From a virus: a DNA stretch of 64,000 nucleotides. The stretch spans positions 38,439 through 102,438 of the IMG/VR virus record IMGVR_UViG_3300028008_000009. One strand, 5' to 3'. The notes under the pieces are model-generated. The model saw nothing but the letters and a program-made list of their open reading frames with translations, ran no database searches and was not told the DNA's origin. Each line of letters begins with the position of its first letter. Position 1 is the stretch's first letter. Made by a program: the position numbers and the translations under genes. This document shows, in pieces, positions 1 to 8,530 of this stretch.

Positions 1-2659
1 TAACTGCACCAGTAAATGGTGTAGCTGTGTAATCAGTTGATCCGACAATAGTAGGAGTGTCCGTAGAATCCGCCACAAAGTCTGCAATACGAATTGCATT
101 GTCTGTGACTACCCCATTACCTAAACTGGATTCTACAGGTATGGACGACTCAATTATTCCAAATGGTGTCGCTGTATGCACTTGAACTTTCTCGGGAAGA
201 GAAACAAAATTTCCAGTGCCATTGACATTATAAGCCCTAACTCTCAATGTTTCCACAGCCGCTATACTTGAATTAGTAATATCGATTGTTTGATCAGCGT
301 ATTGATAAGTTAAGGTATTCGCTGTTGGAATACCAGCGTTTAGGTAAGGGGTATTCTCTAAATCTGAATAACTCTTATATTGAGTGCTAATAGTTGCGCC
401 ACTTGTGCTTTCTAAATTAGCACCGTTGGATATTTCAAACACATTATTTGTATCTCTATATGCTTGTCCAATCCAATTGTTTACTGTAACACCAGCCATT
501 GTTAATTTTGGACTTCCTGTGTTATAGTATGGTATGCCTGAGATATATCTGTAGCTACCGCTGACACTTTCTGTAAGTGTTGCACTAGCTACATCAATAG
601 TTGGGCTACTTGTTAGGTCGTCACAAACTACTGTAACATAGTTTGTGTTGCCTGTTTCACTATGTTCTATACGCTGGTCGTTAACACCAGTTGTATATTC
701 AGAAAATGGTTTAGTAATTTTTGCATCAAATGTTTGATAGAAACCTGTAGGATAAGTTGAAGAACTTATACTATCGTTTGCATCTCTTTGATCACTAACA
801 ACAAGACTTCCAAAAGTGCCGTTTTCGTTTAAGGAAGTTGTAAAGTTTTGAGAACCATCGTCAACGCCATTGACAACTGATTTTACTGTTCCACTTAATC
901 CATTGTATGAATTTTGTGCAACACTAGTGTCAAGGTTTCCACTTGTGTATCGTCTTGCTGTAGTTGTTTCTAAACTTGCACCTGCTACCAATGGAGCTGA
1001 TGCACTGTTTTCTGTGAACCCATGTGCCAGTCTAGGATCGTGTCCTTGTGCTGGGTCTGTTAGTGAAATTGTTTTACTGCTCAAACCACTTGGTGCCGAT
1101 GGCACTGCATTTACTTGGAAAAATATTCCTGCATTGTCTGTTTGTGCTGTTATGTCTGGTGTGCCGCTTGCTGTGAAATCTAATTCGTAGCTTCCTGGAG
1201 TGGCACCAGTAAAGTCGTGTGTTATTATACCATCTGTTGTTGTTGTATCAGTGCTTCCATAACCCCAATCGTAGAAATAACTATCGCCGTTGTGACTTGA
1301 GTTATCTACTCTTGCTAATGCTCTATTATTACCATTGTAGTCAACACCGTCATATAAATCTAAATTATTGTCGCCGTTTCTATCTGAAACAAATTCTGCT
1401 CTACCATCTATGTATGCTCTTACATCTGGTTCAACATGCACTGTAAAATTTGCACTTGCAAATGGACTATTAGTGTGATTACTAATAACTGATAAATTTC
1501 CTACAAAGTCTTTTGCTATACCGTTTTCTTGATCTGAATTTGATAATGTATATGTGTGGTGGAACGGGTGATTTGTGTCACCGTCATCTTCTTCGCCAAC
1601 TGGTATAGTTGTAATTGTACCATCGCCCATTGTCCATTGATATGTTGTTCCAAATACAGGGTTAAATGTACCTATAGTAGTCTCTGTGGTATTTAAAAAT
1701 TCAACATTAACTCCACTATCTTTTTCGTTAATACCTGTAGTAACATCAATGGTGTATGTAGGAGTATGTGTATCGTAAATTTTATATGTAGCATTGTCAG
1801 TCATTGGGAATAGATTCTGATGTGCTGTGCTGTGACTGTCTAATGATAATGTAACGGTTCTTAGCACCTCTGTTTCTGTGCTAGGAGCAAATGTGTGGGC
1901 TATACGTCCGCCGCCTACGCCACCTGCTACATTATCTGCACTAACTACATCATCTGATAATCCATCGCCCCAATCCCAAGTATATTGAACTGTTGCGTTT
2001 GATGTGTTTGTTGCTGTATTTTCAAAATAGACAGTAGCACCGTCATCCCAATATGTTATTGGACTGCCACCTGTTGGAGAGGCATATGCCTCAAACGAAA
2101 CTGTTGGATCAACAGTAGTAATAGTAATATAATCTTCTCTTATTTTAAATACTGAGTGACCTGCACCTGTTCCACCATTGTTAGCTGCGTTTACTCGAAC
2201 AGTATATGGTGATCCAGTATTGCTTGTATATGTATGAGATACAGTATTAATGTAGTTAGAGTTTGGTACGATATTAAGGTTACTTGTGCTATCGCCCCAA
2301 TGGACAGCATAAACATCTGGATTACCAACTCCTGTTATTGTTAGGGTTACTGTTAATCCTGCGCCGCCGGCAGTTTTGTCAGCGACAAAGTCTACTGATT
2401 CAACATAAGTATTTTTACCTACGTTTTTAATAATTTCTAAAAGTTCTGCAGAGTCGGCATCATTGCCACCGTCTACTGAAGCTAATCTGGTTTCAAGGAA
2501 TATTTTTGTGACAGCATCTTGATCGTCAACAGGATCCACAACGTTAACGATTCTGTTTGTTTGGGCACTGATATTGTTATCTAGGCCCTCTGCATCAAGT
2601 TTTAAGTCTTTATCACTTGTTGATATCTTTCCACTGTTGTGGTTAATATTAATCGACAT
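1..2659 (-). CDS. PKD/Ig-like repeat virion structural or adhesion protein (partial, runs off window start)
   Basis: Absent from the ORF track, consistent with its stop lying outside the window. ATG at 2659 follows AAGGGAAGAG. It reads MSININHNSGKISTSDKDLKLDAEG..., with repeated PKD-type motifs (VHWGDS, WDWGDG, WTMGDG, YDWGYG, each followed by HTY/HTF-like strands). The same frame is still open at position 2 (...STDYTATPFTGAV). Confidence 0.8.
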   Translation of the reverse strand, partial: MSININHNSGKISTSDKDLKLDAEGLDNNISAQTNRIVNVVDPVDDQDAVTKIFLETRLASVDGGNDADSAELLEIIKNVGKNTYVESVDFVADKTAGGAGLTVTLTITGVGNPDVYAVHWGDSTSNLNIVPNSNYINTVSHTYTSNTGSPYTVRVNAANNGGTGAGHSVFKIREDYITITTVDPTVSFEAYASPTGGSPITYWDDGATVYFENTATNTSNATVQYTWDWGDGLSDDVVSADNVAGGVGGGRIAHTFAPSTETEVLRTVTLSLDSHSTAHQNLFPMTDNATYKIYDTHTPTYTIDVTTGINEKDSGVNVEFLNTTETTIGTFNPVFGTTYQWTMGDGTITTIPVGEEDDGDTNHPFHHTYTLSNSDQENGIAKDFVGNLSVISNHTNSPFASANFTVHVEPDVRAYIDGRAEFVSDRNGDNNLDLYDGVDYNGNNRALARVDNSSHNGDSYFYDWGYGSTDTTTTDGIITHDFTGATPGSYELDFTASGTPDITAQTDNAGIFFQVNAVPSAPSGLSSKTISLTDPAQGHDPRLAHGFTENSASAPLVAGASLETTTARRYTSGNLDTSVAQNSYNGLSGTVKSVVNGVDDGSQNFTTSLNENGTFGSLVVSDQRDANDSISSSTYPTGFYQTFDAKITKPFSEYTTGVNDQRIEHSETGNTNYVTVVCDDLTSSPTIDVASATLTESVSGSYRYISGIPYYNTGSPKLTMAGVTVNNWIGQAYRDTNNVFEISNGANLESTSGATISTQYKSYSDLENTPYLNAGIPTANTLTYQYADQTIDITNSSIAAVETLRVRAYNVNGTGNFVSLPEKVQVHTATPFGIIESSIPVESSLGNGVVTDNAIRIADFVADSTDTPTIVGSTDYTATPFTGAV

Positions 2660-2715
2660 ACTCTTCCCTTTTTTAACTTTACCACAATGGTTATGTTATT
2701 GCAATCAAGTATAAA

Positions 2716-3303
2716 TTATACTGTCACGCTAGAACGGAAGACCGAAACAATGTTCCAACTGCCATTTACAAATACCAACGATGCACTGTCGCCTTTTGCT
2801 GTGAAAGTAACTGACGTAAAACCTGCTCCATTTGTTGGAGTTACTGTAACAGGCCCCGTAGGTGTAGCTGATACAGTAATAATTTTATGTTGCCCTTCTG
2901 TGCCGTCTGATAAAACAAGAGCAACCGCAGTAGAACCATCAATTGCTGATAATGACGTGTCTGCTGTAATTTCTGTTGTTTCTGTTGTAGTAGATACTAC
3001 AACTGTTTGTATGTTAAGTTGATCCCACATATTAGTACTACTACCAATATTGTGTGTTTTTGTAACGCTTGGCAATAAATCAGTTGATATGTTGCTATTA
3101 AATGCTACAGATCCACTTGCGTTTCCTAGTGTTATAACATCACCAGATGAAACTATTGAACCTTCTATGTATAAATGTCCACCAACCCATGCACCGCCTT
3201 CGACAAGCAGAGCAGAATCTGTACTATTTAAAGCATTTAAATCAATATCTTTAATACTTTTAATTATTAACTGATCACCATCTGGTTTTATATATGATGC
3301 CAT
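2716..3303 (-). CDS. Putative virion structural protein (beta-rich, fibre/decoration-like)
   Basis: 195-aa S/T/G/V-rich ORF preceded by the late promoter CATAAATA and an SD (AAGGAAG). Confidence 0.6.
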   Translation of the reverse strand: MASYIKPDGDQLIIKSIKDIDLNALNSTDSALLVEGGAWVGGHLYIEGSIVSSGDVITLGNASGSVAFNSNISTDLLPSVTKTHNIGSSTNMWDQLNIQTVVVSTTTETTEITADTSLSAIDGSTAVALVLSDGTEGQHKIITVSATPTGPVTVTPTNGAGFTSVTFTAKGDSASLVFVNGSWNIVSVFRSSVTV

Positions 3304-3337
3304 ACGTTATTCTTCCTTATGTTCTCTTTACAATATG

Positions 3338-3345
3338 TATTTATG
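3338..3345 (-). promoter_or_regulatory. T4-type late promoter (CATAAATA)
   Basis: Matches the T4 gp55 TATAAATA core and lies between a terminator and the 3303 start. Confidence 0.65.
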
Positions 3346-3372
3346 CCGATTTAGAAATTGCTTATAGCCATT

Positions 3373-3397
3373 AAAAAGGGCTCACAATGGAGCCCTT
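3373..3397 (-). terminator. Rho-independent terminator after the porin gene
   Basis: Minus strand reads AAGGGCTC-CATTGT-GAGCCCTT-TTT. Confidence 0.8.
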
Positions 3398-3421
3398 AAT
3401 AAATTCGTAATCTATAATAGC

Positions 3422-4225
3422 TTAGAAGCTAAAAGATACACCAACCGCTGGTGAGGTTGTTTTAGCATCTACATCATATGATGCTTCTGCATAAAGATCA
3501 AGGCCGTTTAATGAACCTTTTACGCCTGCACCAATGTGTTGTACTGTATTATTTTCGTCGCCGTCCATGAATACTGTTAATCCACCTGTTGTTGCATTTA
3601 CTTCATATGCTAATGTATCTGCTGCATATGTACCTGTGCCACCAATTGACAATTCTGTTGTAAGATCCAACTCTGAGCTAAGTGCATATGCTTTAGCTTC
3701 TGTGTCAGTGTTATAATCTACTGCTACAGTTGAAGCAATTGCTCCAAGTTCAATGTCATATGCAAGCTGTACGTTGTCAAGATCAGTTACGTCAGTTTTT
3801 AAGCCGTCAAAACCAGCCATTGCTGATAAGTTGCCCATTGTAACCATTACTGATTCGTTAACAGTTGGGTTAGCAAGAGTAGTTGAACCTACTGTTTCTA
3901 ATCCTGCACTTGGAAACAAGTCGCCTTGCTTACCTAGTGATACTGTTGCACCTGCAACTGTTGTACCAATGTGCCATTCTTCAACACTTACTGATGTGTC
4001 TGGAGTCGCTGTAAACGAAATACCGCCAAATGCTGGTCCTGTTCCTGAAATCTCAAGATCAAGTGTTGTTTTACCAACATACTTGTCTGATGTGTTTTTT
4101 GTTACGTCGAACTCAACTGAAGCACTTACTGGTGATGTCGGTGCTGGGTGAGTATGTGCTGTTGTATCTGCTGATGCAACTGATGCCGCCATCAACATTG
4201 CTAAAACGCTTATTGTTGTTTTCAT
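3422..4225 (-). CDS. Outer-membrane beta-barrel porin-like protein (alphaproteobacterial style)
   Basis: Sec signal peptide (MKTTISVLAMLMAASVASA), alternating amphipathic beta-strands, acidic composition and a C-terminal BAM-type signature (AVGVSFSF) ending in Phe. Confidence 0.75.
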   Translation of the reverse strand: MKTTISVLAMLMAASVASADTTAHTHPAPTSPVSASVEFDVTKNTSDKYVGKTTLDLEISGTGPAFGGISFTATPDTSVSVEEWHIGTTVAGATVSLGKQGDLFPSAGLETVGSTTLANPTVNESVMVTMGNLSAMAGFDGLKTDVTDLDNVQLAYDIELGAIASTVAVDYNTDTEAKAYALSSELDLTTELSIGGTGTYAADTLAYEVNATTGGLTVFMDGDENNTVQHIGAGVKGSLNGLDLYAEASYDVDAKTTSPAVGVSFSF

Positions 4226-4299
4226 AATTTATTCCCTTTAAATAATCTAACTTCGTAGTTAGAAACAAACTGACTCTCTAGAGTCAGAATTTAGTGTTA

Positions 4300-4328
4300 A
4301 TTATACTACTGTATGTGAAACTTGTCAA
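4300..4328 (-). promoter_or_regulatory. Consensus sigma70 (early) promoter for the porin gene
   Basis: Minus strand TTGACA (4328-4323), 17-nt spacer, TATAAT (4305-4300), with an A-rich upstream element. Confidence 0.85.
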
Positions 4329-4355
4329 CCTTTTTGTTAACTTTTTTTATTCATC

Positions 4356-4386
4356 AAAAGAACAGGCCCCTTAAAGGGACCTGCTC
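4356..4386 (-). terminator. Rho-independent terminator after the major capsid gene
   Basis: Minus strand reads GAGCAGGTCCC-TTTAA-GGGGCCTGTTC-TTTT. Confidence 0.8.
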
Positions 4387-4410
4387 CATAATATCTTCTT
4401 TAAGTAAAAA

Positions 4411-5571
4411 TTACTTAAATGATAGGTTACCTGCATTAACGTCAATTTTCGCTAAGTAGTCAGCTGCGTTACCAAGTGATGAAGCTTGGTTGTTAAGCTC
4501 TACATAACCATAACGTGTCATGAATGACACAGTTGGCTCGAAAGTTGCCGGATCAAGTACAGTACCAGATGACATCAACGGGATGTATGGGCAATAGAAA
4601 GCTGCAGCGTCAATTTCGCCTTCGCCTTTATAACCAACTAATACTGGTGTTGAATCTGATGCATACTGGTCAACAAATACACGTACTGTATTGTTCAAAG
4701 TACCAACGAATTTAGTGTTAGTTGGAGCTTCGAATGGACCTTCAGTTGTTCTTGCGAACGCTGAAGTTGTCGCTGATTGTAGTACAGTTAACATAGTTGG
4801 TGAAACAACTACGTAGTTACCTGCGCCTCTACGTGTACGTGCTGCAATTAAGTTTGCAGAACGGTTGATCAAGATCGCTAGTGCGGCATGCTGGTCACCA
4901 ACGAAAGTTGCTTGACCTGTTACTGCATTTTGATCGTATGTATCAGTAGCAGTACCTGCCAATGAACGTAATGAAGTTAATACTTCTTGATCGATTTCAG
5001 CAGTAATCTCTTGTGCAAGTGCTTGCATGATTTCTGCTTCAACATCTAGACCGTGCATTGAATTAGCGTCTTGCGCCGCTTCAAAAGTCCAACGTGCTGA
5101 TAATTTGCGTGTTTTCGCTTCAACAGTTTGCTTTAGAACTTGGATAGACATCTTACGTCCAGCCGCTGCTTCTAAAGTGCTTGTTGCTTCTGGTCCACCA
5201 GTTGCCGCATCGCCTGAGTAACCTTTTGCAATTGCAAATGGGCTCAATGCTTCGTCACCAGCTGCAACGCCTGCCGCTGCTTCTGAATAACGAATACGTA
5301 ATGTGTGGATCTGGCCTACTGGACCAGTCATTGGTTGAACACCAACTAATTCGTTCGCAATAACCGTCGGCATTACACGTCTGATTACTGGTAGAATTAC
5401 TTTGTTTAGTGTTGCGATGTTTCCTGACATAGTTGTGCCGGCAGCTGCTGATTCTGAAAGATAGCTCTTAGTATTCTCAAGAACTGATTCCATTACCACT
5501 TTTTTATTGCCGTCTAAACCGTCAGTTAGGGCGCCTTTAGTTACGTCCCAATTTTCAAATAAGTTTGACAT
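4411..5571 (-). CDS. gp23: Major capsid protein (T4 gp23 family)
   Basis: Motifs VGVQPMTGPVGQI, VEAKTRKLSARWTFEAAQD, EITAEID, FYCPYIPL and FMTRYG. Confidence 0.95.
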   Translation of the reverse strand: MSNLFENWDVTKGALTDGLDGNKKVVMESVLENTKSYLSESAAAGTTMSGNIATLNKVILPVIRRVMPTVIANELVGVQPMTGPVGQIHTLRIRYSEAAAGVAAGDEALSPFAIAKGYSGDAATGGPEATSTLEAAAGRKMSIQVLKQTVEAKTRKLSARWTFEAAQDANSMHGLDVEAEIMQALAQEITAEIDQEVLTSLRSLAGTATDTYDQNAVTGQATFVGDQHAALAILINRSANLIAARTRRGAGNYVVVSPTMLTVLQSATTSAFARTTEGPFEAPTNTKFVGTLNNTVRVFVDQYASDSTPVLVGYKGEGEIDAAAFYCPYIPLMSSGTVLDPATFEPTVSFMTRYGYVELNNQASSLGNAADYLAKIDVNAGNLSFK

Positions 5572-5581
5572 GGTATACTCC

Positions 5582-6691
5582 TTAATTTGTAATGATACCT
5601 GCTAATTTTTTAAGGTTTATAATTTCAGCTTCGCTGCTAGTTTCCTGCGTAGTTGCATCTTTATTACCTGTGACCTCAGTCGTCTGAGTCTCATTTAGCT
5701 TAGTTTTGTTAGTTGCTGCTGTAGTTACTGATTCATTTAACACTGTTGGCAAGTACTTATTAAATGCTGCCTTCAATTTTGGTGTGTTAACTGATTCAAG
5801 TAAGTTAGACATCAATTTACGTTTGTCTTTTGACAAAGGTGCAAGCAATTCAGACATAGCTGTTTCACGAGCGCGACTTTCATTAATCTTAGCAACTTCT
5901 TTAGTTGCTTCGACTACTTTAGCCTCTTTATCGTTGATCTCTTTTTGTGATTCCTCTAATTGAGTCTTCACGTCTAAAAGTTCTGTTGAAAGTTTAGAAA
6001 TATGTGTGCCTTCTGCAAGGTGTGAACCCATGAATTCAGCTGCAAATGTTTCGAAAATTTTGCGACCGAACATGTTTTCTTTAGCGGATTTTATATCCTC
6101 TTTAAGCATACCTAGTTCTGTTTTAATTGTAGATTCTACAATTTCAGCTAGTTTGCTTGAAGATTTGTCAATAAAGTCTGCTTTTGCTTTAGCAATCATA
6201 TCTTTACCTTCTGCGACAAGTTTTACCTTTTGTTCAATAAGGTCTTTCTTGTCTTGGTGGAATTCGTTAAGTTCCGAAGTAAGTTGTTCCATAACGAAAT
6301 CTTCCAACTGCTCGAAGTTACCTTCTTGTAGTTTTCTGTCTTCGCGTAGTTCTGTAACCTCTTTTTTAAGAGTTTCCATTACAAAACCATCAAGTAGTTC
6401 TGCATGTTCTGAAACTTTACGTTTGTACTCTACTTGAGCCTCAACTGCTTTTTGTTTATCAGCTTTGAATTCTTCTAATTCGCCTTTGATAGTTTCTGAT
6501 AACATGGCATCTAGTGCTTCCACCATTTGCTCTTTATCTGTTTCATAGCGATTAGCGAATTCTTCGCGTAATTCAGTTGTAATCTCTTCACGAGTTTCGT
6601 CTAGTTTCTCATTCCATGCTTCTGAAAGTGTTGAACGCACTTCCTCTGATAGGACTTCTGAACTTAGGAGTTGTTCTATTGCATGAGCCAT
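5582..6691 (-). CDS. gp22: Prohead core scaffold protein (gp22-like)
   Basis: Acidic coiled-coil protein lying between the protease and capsid genes. Confidence 0.8.
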   Translation of the reverse strand: MAHAIEQLLSSEVLSEEVRSTLSEAWNEKLDETREEITTELREEFANRYETDKEQMVEALDAMLSETIKGELEEFKADKQKAVEAQVEYKRKVSEHAELLDGFVMETLKKEVTELREDRKLQEGNFEQLEDFVMEQLTSELNEFHQDKKDLIEQKVKLVAEGKDMIAKAKADFIDKSSSKLAEIVESTIKTELGMLKEDIKSAKENMFGRKIFETFAAEFMGSHLAEGTHISKLSTELLDVKTQLEESQKEINDKEAKVVEATKEVAKINESRARETAMSELLAPLSKDKRKLMSNLLESVNTPKLKAAFNKYLPTVLNESVTTAATNKTKLNETQTTEVTGNKDATTQETSSEAEIINLKKLAGIITN

Positions 6692-7329
6692 TACTTTCTC
6701 CTAATATCTAGTGATTCAATGAACTTCAATACCTCTTCCTGGAGATATTTTTGTGCTGTAGCATCATTGTTGTTTGCGGCGGCAACGTCAAGTAAAATAT
6801 TACCTCTTCTGCCATTCATAATTTGTTCATAAAGTGGATCTGGATACGCATCGGGTGCCGATGGGTTTGCAACTATGTCAACCGTTTGGATTTCAAAGCC
6901 ACTTACATTTCCACTGTTATCAACTTCACCACTGCCGCGTGATGATACACCAAGTTTAACGCCATTATCCAATAGAGTGATACAAATCTGCCCCATTGGA
7001 GTTGGCAACAATTTTAGTCTTCCATAACCATCACTACCTTGCATCCACATACGTTCAATCATATGTGAAACTCGGTCCAAATTAACTTGTAAGTCATCTG
7101 GGTGGTCAGCTTCGCCTAATACTGTAAAACCCTCGTCAATTTTACCTTGAACTGAATTAACAGCCTTAGTAATTTCACTGACGGGATAAACACGTTGGTT
7201 CTGATTTTGTTTTGCACCTTGTACAAAGATACCTTCCATGAACAGGCTTTTGCCACCTTTGCCGTTATCCACGGCTTCGGTGACCATTTTAGCTTGATCA
7301 AATGTAAGGTGTTCTTTAAGTGTAAACAT
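6691..7329 (-). CDS. gp21: Prohead protease (T4 gp21 family)
   Basis: Motifs NQRVYP, LGEADHP, LGVSSRGSG and DIVANPSAPDA. Confidence 0.93.
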   Translation of the reverse strand: MFTLKEHLTFDQAKMVTEAVDNGKGGKSLFMEGIFVQGAKQNQNQRVYPVSEITKAVNSVQGKIDEGFTVLGEADHPDDLQVNLDRVSHMIERMWMQGSDGYGRLKLLPTPMGQICITLLDNGVKLGVSSRGSGEVDNSGNVSGFEIQTVDIVANPSAPDAYPDPLYEQIMNGRRGNILLDVAAANNNDATAQKYLQEEVLKFIESLDIRRK

Positions 7330-8177
7330 TACTCAGATTTACCTTTTTTCTCAGCACCATGGCCACGTGACTCAGGTGATAGTTTTGCACCATCGCCTGG
7401 GTGTGTTACGCCCATGTCTTTTGCTGTTTTGTCTGATAGACCTTTGTCTGAACCTTTGCTGTCTTTTGTCATGTCAACTGCTTTACCGCCCATGTCATTT
7501 TTACCTGCAACTGGTGATGCTTTACCATCATCGCCTGCTGGCATGTCTACTGGGTGCATTGCGCCGTCTTTACCGACTTTTTGTAGATCAGCTGCTTCTT
7601 CAAGTTCTTCTGCATTATCGTCTGATTCTGCTTCTTCAGTAACTTCGTCCGCTTCTTCTTCCTTTGCTTCTACAAACGCTTCTTCCATTTCTGGTTCCAT
7701 TTCTGGTTCCATTTCTGGTTCGTCGCCCATAATCTTGGCAAATTCTGCTTTAAGGTCGTCTAGTGCGTCTTCTACACTAACTAATTTGTCTTCGATGTCT
7801 CCATGTTCTTCTTCATGTGCGTCTGTTTCACCGTCCATGTCAAAATCCATTTCGCCTTCTTCTCCGCCTAACTCTTCAGCTGCTTCAAGGTCGTCCATTT
7901 CTGGTTCCTCGTCTTCGCCAAAAGCCTCTTCAGCTTCGATTTCTGCTTCATCTGTTTCGATGTCATCTAGGAAGTTATCAGCTTCTTCGCCGCGGATAGC
8001 TTCTTCAATTTCTTCTTCTGCTACGCCATCTTCAACGATTTCATCTGCTTCGACGATATCATTCCAGATTTCACGTGCTTTTTCAACGAAAGCCTCATGT
8101 AATAGATCTGAAGCTGATGCTTCGTCTCCGTTCACTAAGCTCTCGATTATCTTCGTATAACGATCTCGAGTACTCAT
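7329..8177 (-). CDS. Highly acidic prohead core/scaffold protein
   Basis: D/E-rich protein in the position of T4 gp67/68. Probable start is MSTRD at 8177, after SD AAGGAGA and late promoter CTTAAATA (8236-8229). Confidence 0.7.
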   Translation of the reverse strand: MSTRDRYTKIIESLVNGDEASASDLLHEAFVEKAREIWNDIVEADEIVEDGVAEEEIEEAIRGEEADNFLDDIETDEAEIEAEEAFGEDEEPEMDDLEAAEELGGEEGEMDFDMDGETDAHEEEHGDIEDKLVSVEDALDDLKAEFAKIMGDEPEMEPEMEPEMEEAFVEAKEEEADEVTEEAESDDNAEELEEAADLQKVGKDGAMHPVDMPAGDDGKASPVAGKNDMGGKAVDMTKDSKGSDKGLSDKTAKDMGVTHPGDGAKLSPESRGHGAEKKGKSE

Positions 8178-8267
8178 TTGTTGTTCTCCTTTATTCAACC
8201 GAATTAATATTATAGGTTATAACATATATATTTAAGAAGTCTTGGTGTATACCAATACATAATACAT

Positions 8268-8291
8268 AAAAAACCGCACTTTTGGCGCGGT
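8268..8291 (-). terminator. Rho-independent terminator
   Basis: Minus strand reads ACCGCGC-CAAAA-GTGCGGT-TTTTT. Confidence 0.75.
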
Positions 8292-8329
8292 CCGTAATAT
8301 ATTTACCTTTTTAGCGAAAATAATGCTAG

Positions 8330-8530
8330 TTATTCAACGCCGTCACCTGCAGACCCATAAATGTTTTTAAAGTCTTTTACTCGTTCTGCATGTTCTGTTT
8401 TAGCAAGCTCTTTCATATTTCTTAGCTTGTGTAAATGTTTTAATGTAAGTTTAGGTCGACGTGTATCGTCTACATCCCACTTATTGTAGTTATCATCTTC
8501 TGGACTTTGTGCTACATCGTTAAATCTCAT
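8330..8530 (-). CDS. Small head-module protein downstream of the portal
   Basis: MRFNDV...TRRPKLTLKHLHKLR, with SD GGAG. It overlaps the portal stop. Confidence 0.7.
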   Translation of the reverse strand: MRFNDVAQSPEDDNYNKWDVDDTRRPKLTLKHLHKLRNMKELAKTEHAERVKDFKNIYGSAGDGVE

